Source: Aliivibrio fischeri ES114 (GTDB taxonomy: Bacteria; Pseudomonadota; Gammaproteobacteria; Enterobacterales; Vibrionaceae). Taken from it: a stretch of DNA of 32,000 nt. The notes beneath the pieces are model-generated. The model was not told where the DNA came from. It saw only the letters and a program-made list of their open reading frames with translations, and made no database searches. The DNA lies in NCBI RefSeq assembly GCF_000011805.1, contig NC_006840.2; one strand, written 5' to 3'. The position numbers and the translations under genes were made by a program. This document shows positions 12,343-21,425 of the stretch, piece after piece. The first letter of the stretch is position 1; every line of letters starts with the position of its first letter.

Positions 12343-12440
12343 TACTGCTTTCTCCAGAATGCTAATGACTAGCTATATAAAGCGATCTTAATACAAACCA
12401 AGGCGTCGCTCTATACGCAAATTAAAACTTTGACATTATT

Positions 12441-12468
12441 ATGGGGACTAAATAGTGCGATTCAAGCA
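12441..12468 (-). promoter_or_regulatory. Candidate sigma-32 promoter for grpE
   Basis: Minus strand GCTTGAA-N14-CCCCATAA, near-consensus heat-shock promoter. Confidence 0.75.
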
Positions 12469-12510
12469 TAATAGTACGAATTGTAACATTTGTTCCCCAT
12501 TTCATGATGG

Positions 12511-13404
12511 ATGATGGATATGAAAAGAGCCTTTAACGTTATTGCTATCATTGGTAAACCAAGAGATCCTAATGCGATAAAAACGCATTTATCGATTTAT
12601 CACTGGCTTACTGATCAAAATTATACGGTCCTTCTCGATGACCGTTTACGTGAAGCCCTACCTGAAATTCCAGCTGACCGTTTCAATCATCTATTAAAGT
12701 TAGGGGAATTAGCTGATCTTGCCATTGTTGTTGGTGGTGATGGCAATATGCTAGGTGCTGCACGTGTACTCTCTCGATTTGATATTTCAGTCATTGGGGT
12801 TAATAGAGGTAATCTTGGTTTCTTAACTGATCTTGATCCAGATAACTTTGAAGAACCTCTGCAAGCGGTATTAAATGGTGACTTTGTAAAAGAAGAGCGC
12901 TTTTTATTAGAAGCTGAAGTTCATCGCCATGGGCAAGTTAAAAGCCATAATTCAGCCTTTAATGAAGTGGTACTTCACCCAGGCCAAGTCGCACACATGA
13001 TTGAATTTGAAGTGTATATTGATGACACTTTTGCTTTCTCTCAACGCTCAGATGGTTTGATTATCTCAACGCCTACAGGATCAACGGCCTATTCACTCTC
13101 TGGTGGCGGCCCGATTCTATCTCCAAACTTAAATGCCATCTCAATTGTACCAATGTTTCCACATACACTTTCAAGTCGCCCCTTGGTGGTCGAAGGAAAG
13201 CGTCACATTAAGTTGTGCATATCTCCAGAGAACCGCACCACGTTAGAAGTAAGCTGTGATGGGCAAGTCTCTCTGCCTGTTAGTCCGGGTGATGAAGTAC
13301 ATATTTTCCAAAGCCCATCAAGACTAAAGCTGATTCATCCTAAAGATTACAGCTACTATCATATACTTAGAAATAAGCTAGGGTGGTCAAGTAAGTTGTT
13401 CTAA
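12511..13404 (+). CDS. nadK: NAD kinase
   Basis: [37 protein letters not shown] motifs; start probably [12 protein letters not shown] slightly downstream. Confidence 0.96.
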
Positions 13405-13447
13405 CGAGTAAAGTTAAGTTAGTCACAAAAAATTTAAATTCACTTTA

Positions 13448-13463
13448 CTGTATAAAGAAACAG
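13448..13463. promoter_or_regulatory. LexA (SOS) box 1 upstream of recN
   Basis: CTGTATAAAGAAACAG (CTGT-N8-ACAG). Confidence 0.85.
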
Positions 13464-13469
13464 TATATA

Positions 13470-13485
13470 CTGTGTCTATATACAG
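13470..13485. promoter_or_regulatory. LexA (SOS) box 2 upstream of recN
   Basis: CTGTGTCTATATACAG (CTGT-N8-ACAG). Confidence 0.85.
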
Positions 13486-13521
13486 TGTTTTTCGTATTTT
13501 AAATTTCGCAGAGACTGACTT

Positions 13522-15189
13522 ATGTTGGCACATATTAAAATTACTCATTTTGCTATCGTAAAATCTTTAGAGCTTGATCTAACCAAAGGCATGACAACCA
13601 TCACTGGTGAGACTGGTGCAGGTAAATCCATCGCCATTGATGCCCTTGGTTTGTGTCTTGGTGATCGCGCAGAAGCTTCCATGGTTCGCCAAGGGGAAGA
13701 AAAAGCGGAAATCACCGTTCTTTTTACTCTAGAAAACAACATTAATGCCAAACGTTGGTTAGAAGATAACGAACTTTATGATGGCAATGATTGTATTTTA
13801 CGTCGTGTCATTACCAAAGAAGGCCGCTCGCGTGGCTTTATCAATGGTAGCCCTGTCCCTGCAGCTCAACTAAAAACATTAGGCCATTTGTTGATTAACA
13901 TTCATGGCCAACATGCTCACCATGAACTAATGAAACCTGAATACCAACTCAATATGTTGGATCAATATGCAGGACATGTTTCATTATTAAATAAAACTCG
14001 CAGCCGTTATCAAGCATGGCGACAAGCTGACAATGCGTTAAAACAAATGATTAAGCATAGTCAACAAAACGAAGCTCAAAAACAGCTGATCGAATATCAA
14101 ATAAAAGAGCTGAATGAGCTTGCATTAGGTGAAGAAGAATTCACTCAATTAGAAGAAGACCATAAGCGCCTTTCTAATTCTGGTGAATTAGTTGAATGCA
14201 GCCAACAAGCCATCTCTATTTTGTATGAAAATGATGAAGTGAATGCGCTTCAATTACTGCAATATGCCAATAATCATATTCAACAATTAGGTCAATTAGA
14301 TCCTCAACTTGCTCCTTTATCTGAAATGTTGAATGAAGCCATGATTCAGGTTGAAGAAGCCAATCATGAAATCAAAAACTACCTTGATAATATTGATGTT
14401 GATCCTGAGCAAATTGCTTTTGTTGAAGAGCGCTTTAGTCGAGTAATGTCGATGGCAAAAAAACACCATGTTCTTGCTGACGAATTATATGAACATCACC
14501 AACAGTTATTAGCAGAATATGATCGCCTTGATTGCTCTGATGAAAAACGTGAACAGCGTGAACAAGAAGTAGAAGAACTAAAACAACACTTCTTAGAAGC
14601 GGCACATAAGTTAACGAAAAGTCGTCAACGTTACGCAAAAGAATTAAACAACAAAATTACCGACAGCATGCAAACTTTAAGCATGGAAAAAGCGGTATTC
14701 GATATTCAAATTGAAAGTGATGCACATACGAAGATTTCACCTCTCGGCATCGATACCTTGTGCTTTAAGGTATCCACAAACCCGGGGCAACCACTGCAAC
14801 CAATTGCTAAAGTGGCTTCAGGTGGTGAGTTATCACGTATTTCACTGGCTATCCAAGTGATTACGGCGCAAAAAGTTGATACACCAAGCCTGATTTTCGA
14901 TGAGGTTGATGTAGGTATCAGCGGACCGACTGCGGCAGTCGTAGGTAAAATGCTACGCACTCTAGGTGAATCAACTCAAGTGTTGTGCGTAACTCACTTA
15001 CCTCAAGTTGCAGGTTGTGGCCATAACCAACTGTTTGTTGCTAAGCATACAAAATCAGGTAAAACTGAAACCCAAATGCGAGCATTAAACTTAGAAGAAC
15101 GTGTAGAAGAGCTAGCTCGCTTACTTGGCGGAACTCAAATTACTGCTCACACATTAGCCAACGCAAAAGAATTACTGAACGCAGCTTAA
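13522..15189 (+). CDS. recN: DNA repair protein RecN
   Basis: [20 protein letters not shown]...[14 protein letters not shown]; [16 protein letters not shown]; DEVDVGISG. Confidence 0.98.
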   Translation: MLAHIKITHFAIVKSLELDLTKGMTTITGETGAGKSIAIDALGLCLGDRAEASMVRQGEEKAEITVLFTLENNINAKRWLEDNELYDGNDCILRRVITKEGRSRGFINGSPVPAAQLKTLGHLLINIHGQHAHHELMKPEYQLNMLDQYAGHVSLLNKTRSRYQAWRQADNALKQMIKHSQQNEAQKQLIEYQIKELNELALGEEEFTQLEEDHKRLSNSGELVECSQQAISILYENDEVNALQLLQYANNHIQQLGQLDPQLAPLSEMLNEAMIQVEEANHEIKNYLDNIDVDPEQIAFVEERFSRVMSMAKKHHVLADELYEHHQQLLAEYDRLDCSDEKREQREQEVEELKQHFLEAAHKLTKSRQRYAKELNNKITDSMQTLSMEKAVFDIQIESDAHTKISPLGIDTLCFKVSTNPGQPLQPIAKVASGGELSRISLAIQVITAQKVDTPSLIFDEVDVGISGPTAAVVGKMLRTLGESTQVLCVTHLPQVAGCGHNQLFVAKHTKSGKTETQMRALNLEERVEELARLLGGTQITAHTLANAKELLNAA

Positions 15190-15404
15190 TATCTACAGCA
15201 TCCGTTTATCGACTCAAAAAGCCAATATTATTTTATTAATATTGGCTTTTTTAATGAAAGTAATCACTAAAATCGAAAGAATCAATGCAACTAGATTCAA
15301 AATTTAGGGTCAAAACACACTAGAACACGCTTAACCTTTTTACTTCTTAGGTCAGCTTGTTTATCATCTGTTTAATTATTTAAAAGGCTAAAGCTGTACG
15401 AACT

Positions 15405-15761
15405 ATGCAATTCAAAAAATGGATCATTGCTCTACCCCTCGCTGTTGGACTACTGGGTGGTTGCTCGTTATTAGAGCCATTGGTATATCGAATCGATATT
15501 GCCCAAGGTAATTACGTTGAACAAGAAGCTGTCGACAAACTGCGATTTGGCATGACCAAACAACAAGTACAGTTTGTAATGGGTTCACCAATGCTCGTTG
15601 AGTCTGGTTATCCAAATACGTGGTACTACATTTATCACTTTACTCATGGCCACGAAAAATCAATTCAAAAGAACTTAATCGTTCACTTTGATGACAATGG
15701 TAACCTAACCAATATGGAAGGCGACTTCCCGATGAGTGACAGTTTCTTCGAGAAGCTTTAA
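15405..15761 (+). CDS. bamE: Outer membrane assembly lipoprotein BamE (SmpA)
   Basis: Lipobox LLGGC; [37 protein letters not shown]. Confidence 0.95.
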
Positions 15762-15788
15762 TTTCCTCACCGTATTTCAAACACAAAA

Positions 15789-15822
15789 AAACCGGATCTC
15801 GTTTAACGAAATCCGGTTTTTT
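15789..15822. terminator. Bidirectional terminator between bamE and rnfH
   Basis: AAACCGGATCTCGTTTAACGAAATCCGGTTTTTT. Confidence 0.85.
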
Positions 15823-15841
15823 ATTTTCTTAAACTAAGAAA

Positions 15842-16153
15842 TTATTTTTTTGCCGCTTCTTTCTTAGCTTGCTCAGCTCTTTTTCGACGAATTTCTTTTG
15901 GATCAGCTAATAGTGGGCGATAGATTTCAATGCGATCTTTATCTCGAATTGTCGAATCTAGTTTAACGTTACGGCTAAACACACCGACTTTATTCACTTT
16001 TAAATCAATCTCAGGGTAACGTTCTAATACGCCAGATTGAACAATGATCTCTTCTACGGTTTGTTCTGCTTTTACCGCTAATTTAAATACAACTTGTTCC
16101 GTTGGCAGAGCATAAACAACTTCTACGTGGATCATTTCGTTAATTACAGTCAT
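15842..16153 (-). CDS. rnfH: RnfH/RatB-family ubiquitin-like protein
   Basis: VEVVYALPTEQ...DRIEIYRPLLADPKEIRRKRAE; downstream of ratA. Confidence 0.93.
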   Translation of the reverse strand: MTVINEMIHVEVVYALPTEQVVFKLAVKAEQTVEEIIVQSGVLERYPEIDLKVNKVGVFSRNVKLDSTIRDKDRIEIYRPLLADPKEIRRKRAEQAKKEAAKK

Positions 16154-16577
16154 ATACTTGCTTCGCTCTTTGAGTAAATGAATTCACCATATTATTAGTT
16201 AATTCTTGAAACACTTTCCCAAATGCCATCGCAACTAACGCATTGGAAAATTCAAAATCTAACTTTAACTCAACCTTACAAGCGGTTTCATCGAGTGCCA
16301 TAAAATGCCAACCGCCGGTTAATGATTTAAATGGGCCATCAACAAGATTCATTCCAATCATTTCAGAGTCAATTAAGGTATTTTTGGTTGTAAATGTTTT
16401 CTTTATGCCCGCTTTTGCGACATCAACAGACGCTACCATTGTACTTTCTGTTTGCTCTAAGATCTTAGAACCTGAGCAACCAGGTAAAAACTGAGGGTAT
16501 GACGCAACATCATTGACTAAATCGTACATCTGCTTTGCGCTAAACGGCACTAATGCAGATCGGCTAACCTGAGGCAT
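16140..16577 (-). CDS. ratA: RatA family START-domain ribosome association toxin
   Basis: MPQVSRSALVPFSAKQMYDLVNDVASYPQFLPGC. Confidence 0.94.
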   Translation of the reverse strand: MPQVSRSALVPFSAKQMYDLVNDVASYPQFLPGCSGSKILEQTESTMVASVDVAKAGIKKTFTTKNTLIDSEMIGMNLVDGPFKSLTGGWHFMALDETACKVELKLDFEFSNALVAMAFGKVFQELTNNMVNSFTQRAKQVYDCN

Positions 16578-16637
16578 AAATTATCCTTTACATTATAGAG
16601 GTAAGCATCATACCATCTTGAATTAGCTTGAGTATAT

Positions 16638-16834
16638 ATAACCTGAACTCGAGATAAAAAAGGCTATTAAATACCTATATCTATCATATAAAGCATTCTA
16701 TTCAGTGCTGTAATTTTAGATGCATAACTAGGCAAAATCATAAGTCAATAGCGAGTCTATTGCGTTGATTTTAACAACGTTAGGCGCTAAAAGTATGGTA
16801 CTGAAAGGCTTAAGTTGTCTCGAGTTCAGGTTAT
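16638..16834. repeat. ~197 bp element bounded by 17-bp perfect inverted repeats (MITE-like or RNA hairpin)
   Basis: ATAACCTGAACTCGAGA (16638-16654) and its exact reverse complement TCTCGAGTTCAGGTTAT (16818-16834). Confidence 0.6.
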
Positions 16835-16864
16835 CTAGTCAAACCACTTCCCTATCAGTATAAT

Positions 16865-17359
16865 GTGGGCATTATGGCAAAGAAAAAATCAAAAGATAAA
16901 GCGGGCAGTAATACCATTGCTATGAACAAGCAAGCTCGCCACGAATATTTCATTGATGATGAAATCGAAGCTGGGATTGAACTCCAAGGCTGGGAAGTTA
17001 AATCTCTTCGTTCTGGTAAAGTGAACATCGCTGAAAGTTACGTTTACGTACGCGATGGCGAAATTTTTATTAGTGGTATGACAATCACACCGCTACAAGC
17101 AGCATCGACTCACGTTATTGCGAATCCAACTCGTATTCGTAAATTACTGATGAGCCGTAAAGAAATTGATAACCTTATTGGCCGTGTAAACCGTGAAGGT
17201 ATGACACTGGTTGCAACGACAATGTACTGGGTTCGTTCTTGGGCGAAAATCAAAGTTGGCGTAGCTAAAGGTAAAAAACTGCACGATAAACGTACAGATT
17301 CAAAAGAAAAAGACTGGAACAGAGATAAAGCACGAATTATGAAGAGTAGTTTGCGTTAA
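16865..17359 (+). CDS. smpB: SsrA-binding protein SmpB (likely starts at [13 protein letters not shown])
   Basis: Characteristic [34 protein letters not shown]. Confidence 0.98.
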   Translation: MGIMAKKKSKDKAGSNTIAMNKQARHEYFIDDEIEAGIELQGWEVKSLRSGKVNIAESYVYVRDGEIFISGMTITPLQAASTHVIANPTRIRKLLMSRKEIDNLIGRVNREGMTLVATTMYWVRSWAKIKVGVAKGKKLHDKRTDSKEKDWNRDKARIMKSSLR

Positions 17360-17432
17360 TTTCAACCAGTTAGATTGATACTAACTAGACAGACGCTGTT
17401 TTTCTGTTAGTATCATCTGGTAACAAAACTTT

Positions 17433-17799
17433 GGGGCTGATTCAGGATTCGACGGGAATTTTGAAACCCGAGGAGCATGTCGTGGGGCGGTTGGCCACGT
17501 AAAAAGCCGCAAAAAAATAGTCGCAAACGACGAAAACTACGCACTAGCAGCTTAATAACCTGCTGAGAGCTCTCCTGCCCTAGCTTCTGCTTGTAAGACG
17601 GGGAATAACAGGGGATCAAACCCAAACGAGCTAGAACGGATTCTCCCGCCTGAGAGATGAACTTCGAATTATAATTCAGGATAGCCATAAGATAGCGTGT
17701 CGGTTCGCAGTTTTACGGTGAAATCAAAGATCGACTAAACATGTAGCGCCAACGGTGAACGATTTTCGGACGGGGGTTCAAATCCCCCCAGCTCCACCA
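17433..17799 (+). ncRNA. ssrA: Transfer-messenger RNA; tag ANDENYALAA encoded at 17523-17555
   Basis: 5' GGGGCTGATTCAGGATTCGACGGG, tag reading frame GCAAACGACGAAAACTACGCACTAGCAGCTTAA, 3' GGGGGTTCAAATCCCCCCAGCTCCACCA. Confidence 0.98.
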
Positions 17800-17807
17800 A
17801 TTTAAAC

Positions 17808-17840
17808 CCCTGTAATCAATAGGTTACAGGGGTTTTTCGT
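17808..17840 (+). terminator. Terminator immediately after ssrA
   Basis: CCCCTGTAA...TTACAGGGGTTTTT. Confidence 0.85.
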
Positions 17841-17841
17841 T

Positions 17842-17862
17842 TTAATGGCGGTTAAATGGCGG
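17842..17862. repeat. Short tandem TTAATGGCGG / TTAAATGGCGG adjacent to ssrA junction, candidate integrase arm-type sites
   Basis: Direct reading of sequence. Confidence 0.35.
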
Positions 17863-17902
17863 CTGTTTTTCGATAGGTATTAATAAATGATACTAATTAT
17901 TG

Positions 17903-17977
17903 GGTGGCGAACTGAGCAAGATTAGTCATACCGCTTCCAAGGATACGGCGCACCGAAGTGCTCTCACTCAGCCCACC
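17903..17977 (-). other. Structured repeat element copy 1 (candidate noncoding RNA or structured DNA site)
   Basis: Minus strand GGTGGGCTGAGTGAGAGCACTTCGGTGC...CTTGCTCAGTTCGCCACC: terminal stems GGTGG/CCACC and CTGAG/CTCAG, internal GCAC-UUCG-GTGC hairpin. Confidence 0.6.
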
Positions 17978-17985
17978 ATAATTTA

Positions 17986-18546
17986 TTATTTACAGATTAA
18001 CCGAAGTTGTTCATTTACTGCATTCGCTATTTCAAGCAAATCCTTCACTTTAAAGAAACCAGGTTCTCTTACTATGCTTGGGATATCTGACGGAGCAAAT
18101 ACCATTGCATCATCAGGAACCGGAGTAACTGAAACCACGCTATCCATCTCTAACATGGTTAATATGCGAGTTCGTCTTTTTGGATGTGATTGCAAGTAAT
18201 CATTCTTTTGAGGACTGGTTTCTTTGTCTAATACATCCAATACCCATTTACGAAATTCTTTTGCTTTATTAGTTCGTGAGAACATAGCAAGCAAATGAGC
18301 GCCACGAAGAGAAAATATTCTTGCGTTTTGTTCGACGCCTCTAGGGTCGGTCAATTTGACCGAACCACTCATAGAAGAACTAAACTCATCGATATTTCTG
18401 GCATAAATTCGATTTAAAGCACTTGTATCTTTATAACCTAAAGCCGCTCCAATTTGAGATGCAGATAGCCAAATTTTATTATTTTGTTCAATAAGATTGA
18501 AATGAGTATTTTGAAAAGTAAGTTGATTGGTCATAACGACCTCCAA
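17986..18546 (-). CDS. BRO-N domain phage antirepressor/regulatory-like protein
   Basis: NNKIWLSASQIGAALGYKDTSALNRIYARNIDEF...RIFSLRGAHLLAMFSRTNKAKEFRKWVLDVLDKE pattern; start may be internal MTNQLTFQ. Confidence 0.75.
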   Translation of the reverse strand: MEVVMTNQLTFQNTHFNLIEQNNKIWLSASQIGAALGYKDTSALNRIYARNIDEFSSSMSGSVKLTDPRGVEQNARIFSLRGAHLLAMFSRTNKAKEFRKWVLDVLDKETSPQKNDYLQSHPKRRTRILTMLEMDSVVSVTPVPDDAMVFAPSDIPSIVREPGFFKVKDLLEIANAVNEQLRLICK

Positions 18547-18590
18547 GTGTCTAATTTTTATAAATCACCACTCAAAGGTATCAATCATTT

Positions 18591-18668
18591 GGTGGCGAAC
18601 CGAGCAAGGTTGATACTACCGCGACACAAGGAAAACGGCCCGAACGAATCGGCCTCACTCGGCCCACC
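18591..18668 (-). other. Structured repeat element copy 2 (upstream of BRO-N gene)
   Basis: Minus strand GGTGGGCCGAGTGAGGCCGATTCGTTCGGGCC...CTTGCTCGGTTCGCCACC; same architecture, CCGAG/CTCGG replaces CTGAG/CTCAG. Confidence 0.6.
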
Positions 18669-18697
18669 ATAATTTAGATGTGCTAAAGCATACGCAT

Positions 18698-18719
18698 AAA
18701 AAAACCAGCAAGATGCTGG
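18698..18719 (-). terminator. Rho-independent terminator, minus strand
   Basis: Minus strand CCAGCATCTTGCTGGTTTTTTT. Confidence 0.75.
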
Positions 18720-18854
18720 CGATATACGCCTTGTTATCATTTCAGAGTATCAATTCTGTCATTGGATTTTGCCAATGAGTCGGTAGATTAAACGCAACAA
18801 AGGGAAACTGTCAATAAAAAGATGATTTTAATTGTGTGTTTTTGATGACTCCCC

Positions 18855-18881
18855 GAGGTACTCAAATTGAGTACCTCGGAA
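18855..18881. repeat. Perfect 13-bp inverted repeat hairpin
   Basis: CCGAGGTACTCAAATTGAGTACCTCGG. Confidence 0.8.
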
Positions 18882-18980
18882 GGAATCACTTAAAAAACTC
18901 ATTTTTATTTGTGCATACGTGATCAATTTATTTATCTCTCAATCCAAACTGACCACTTACCTTCTTTATGGATTATCTTA

Positions 18981-19046
18981 TGAAAACGTTTCTTCGTATC
19001 TTTTTGTCCTTGGCATTGGTTCTGTTCAGTTCACCTTTGTACTAAT
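18981..19046 (+). CDS. Possible 21-aa hydrophobic peptide (type I toxin-like or leader peptide)
   Basis: ATG...TAA encoding MKTFLRIFLSLALVLFSSPLY, directly followed by a 15-bp perfect hairpin. Confidence 0.3.
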
Positions 19047-19049
19047 TAT

Positions 19050-19080
19050 ACTGAGACGGTCAATTTGACCGTCTCAGTAA
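19050..19080. terminator. 15-bp perfect inverted repeat between convergent mini-ORF and tail operon
   Basis: TACTGAGACGGTCAA-T-TTGACCGTCTCAGTA; weak U-tract on either strand. Confidence 0.55.
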
Positions 19081-19093
19081 CTTCAGTGAAATT

Positions 19094-20980
19094 CTAATAA
19101 CTCATGCTCATATTGCCGAGATTCAAATTTAAATCCGTGCCCTTTTCGCTTGTTACTTTATCCACGCTTACTTGCTTATCTGATTTAATTGTTAAACTGA
19201 CTTCTGATTGACTTCTTACGGTTTGATTTGTTAACGGTGCCGCTTTTGACATTGGAATAATATTGCCTGATAAACTTTGCTGCTGGGCCGTTGCTGAACT
19301 CGTGGTCGTTTGATTCACGGTTTCATCGGTTGTGATCCCAAGCTTGGCATTTTTATCTTTCAGGCTTGCCATCTTATCTTTGATTTTATCAACCTCAGCC
19401 CCTGCAGCATCCGCTGATGTTTTCCAACCATCTGGAATAAGAGAATCCGGTAACATATTAAATAGAGACTTGATACCATCTATCACCCCGCCAATACATG
19501 ATCTAACTACATTAAATATCGGTTCCAAGAGTTCTAATTTATCTAACAAATAAATTATACCAACTACTGCACCGCCAATTGCCGCCACCATCATCCCAAT
19601 TGGGTTTGCCATTATGACGGCATTAATTCCAATCAATGCAATTTTTACTATGGCGAGTGTAGCTAATATCCCTTTAAAGTTTTCAGACACAAACAGAATA
19701 ACGTTACCCAAAAACTTAAACGCATTGATGGTACCCGTTACCGTATCTCTCAACTTTGCTACCGCTTCATCTCTCCATTCTGTGTTTTTCATGTTCGTGG
19801 CCAGCGTGCCAAACATTACTGACAATTCTTTCATGATAGGAGTAAGCGCATGGATTTTTAAAGACTCAACAATAATCCCCATGGTTTTTATTGTTGAAGT
19901 GAACTCTGCAGCGCTCTTTGTTGATTCTTCACTAACTGGCCCACCTGTTTCTTGTAATTGTTGCCTCGCTTTATCTAACCCATCCGTTCCTGATTTAAGA
20001 ACGGCGAGCATTTTCTCACTGTCTCCACCAAAGAACTCATCAGCCATAAAGTTTTGCTTTGCGACATCTTTCTCTGCAGATATTTCACGAACTAATACTT
20101 GATAGGCTTCCATTGAGTTTTTTGCGTTTTTTAAATCTTCATACGCTTTTTGATTACCAGTATCTTTGAAGTAATCATTCATTGAACCTGAGCCAAAAGA
20201 TTTCATCTCACCCCAGCGCAATGTCATTTCTTTTAATGCGGCATCCATATCACCCGCTTCGGCATTAACCCCTTTCGCTTGAAGCCTTAGTGCTTGCAAC
20301 TCACCCACTGGCATGCTGATGTCTCTTGCTGCACTTGATAATTCATTTATCTTATCTGCAGTTTCTGTGACTGCTGCACCAACCCCCGCTAACGAACCAA
20401 TCATAGCAATACTGCCAACTGCCATGCCTTGGCTCTTTTCAAAACTAGGCATCTTAATAGATTTACTTAAACGATTTAGCGGTGACATTGTGGCTTGTAA
20501 TCGTTCATATCGCTTGCTAACAACATCAATTCGCTTTGCGTGATGTAACTGACTTTTAGATAAGCGGTCAAACTCATTATCTAACTTACTAACATCTACC
20601 CCTGTTTTTTGCATTCGCTTACTGGTGTCATGAAGGGCATTTTCATAGGCCTTATGATTATCAGCAAGCTTATCCACTTTCTCTTGTTGCTTTACTAGCT
20701 TATTAGTTAGTGCTGCACTTGGCTCGTCTGTTTCCGCCATTTGCTGTTTAAGTTTAAGTAAGGCTTCGGCTGCGGCTTCTCCCTCTAATGCGTTTTTATC
20801 CAGCTCTTTTTGTATTTGTTGATATGATGCGATCATCGTTAATGCGGCCGAATCATCCGATTGCGCTTGCTGAATCGACTTGATTTTTTTCGCATAATAA
20901 TCTGAATCACTGCTCATGGTTTTTAATGGCTTTGTTGTTTTGTTTACAACATCCATTACAACCGATAAATTCATTTTCAT
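19094..20980 (-). CDS. Phage tail tape measure protein
   Basis: 628 aa, coiled-coil N-terminus, DISMPVGELQALRLQAKGVNAE..., hydrophobic central region; last gene of tail operon. Confidence 0.88.
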   Translation of the reverse strand: MKMNLSVVMDVVNKTTKPLKTMSSDSDYYAKKIKSIQQAQSDDSAALTMIASYQQIQKELDKNALEGEAAAEALLKLKQQMAETDEPSAALTNKLVKQQEKVDKLADNHKAYENALHDTSKRMQKTGVDVSKLDNEFDRLSKSQLHHAKRIDVVSKRYERLQATMSPLNRLSKSIKMPSFEKSQGMAVGSIAMIGSLAGVGAAVTETADKINELSSAARDISMPVGELQALRLQAKGVNAEAGDMDAALKEMTLRWGEMKSFGSGSMNDYFKDTGNQKAYEDLKNAKNSMEAYQVLVREISAEKDVAKQNFMADEFFGGDSEKMLAVLKSGTDGLDKARQQLQETGGPVSEESTKSAAEFTSTIKTMGIIVESLKIHALTPIMKELSVMFGTLATNMKNTEWRDEAVAKLRDTVTGTINAFKFLGNVILFVSENFKGILATLAIVKIALIGINAVIMANPIGMMVAAIGGAVVGIIYLLDKLELLEPIFNVVRSCIGGVIDGIKSLFNMLPDSLIPDGWKTSADAAGAEVDKIKDKMASLKDKNAKLGITTDETVNQTTTSSATAQQQSLSGNIIPMSKAAPLTNQTVRSQSEVSLTIKSDKQVSVDKVTSEKGTDLNLNLGNMSMSY

Positions 20981-21155
20981 ATTTTTTCCTAAAATGTAGA
21001 TATAAAAAAAGAGAGCTAAGTGCTCTCTTGTTGGTGTCGAACTCGCGCTTCTTCTCGAAATAAAATTAAATCGCTTAAGCTGAGTTTATCTATTTCACTT
21101 GGCTGCCAATGAAACACCACTGCTAGGTCGGCGTAATACGTTTCAACCCGCTCAA

Positions 21156-21425
21156 TTAGCGCTTCATATCCACGAAAAAAGAGGCTATTTCCGTCATTAA
21201 TGGGGCGAAGTTTTCAGTCTCCATATTCAAAATATCTCGCTCATTTAATTCGGAGATACGAGGAAGTAAGATATATACCGCATCAAAATGCATTTCACAT
21301 ACCTGGACTAAATTCAAACCACGCAGATCACCAGCTGTCGGTTTGCGAAGCTCTAACTCTGATACTTCTTTACCATCCACTTCCATCGGTGTTGCCAGTT
21401 TTACTTTGAACATTTTATTACTCAT
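21156..21425 (-). CDS. Phage tail assembly chaperone (Mu gp41 / P2 gpE-type)
   Basis: VDGKEVSELELRKPTAGDLRGLNLVQ; position immediately before tape measure. Confidence 0.8.
   Translation of the reverse strand: MSNKMFKVKLATPMEVDGKEVSELELRKPTAGDLRGLNLVQVCEMHFDAVYILLPRISELNERDILNMETENFAPLMTEIASFFVDMKR

Noticed and set aside
16778-16790. GTTAGGC/GCCTAAC inside the 16.6-16.8 kb element as an integron attC core site
   Set aside because: No matching opposite core site or typical attC folding arms; a 7-nt motif is expected by chance.
17413-17688. 91-aa ORF on the minus strand over ssrA
   Set aside because: Overlaps the tmRNA body antisense; no coding support.
17900-18199. 99-aa plus-strand ORF through structured copy 1 and the BRO-N gene 3' end
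   Set aside because: Antisense to a better supported gene; its start lies in the structured repeat.
17903-18668. Structured repeats as tRNA genes (3' ends look like GCCCACCA on plus strand)
   Set aside because: No recognisable D-arm, anticodon arm or TTC T-loop; acceptor pairing imperfect in tRNA register. The UUCG loops favour the minus strand if RNA.
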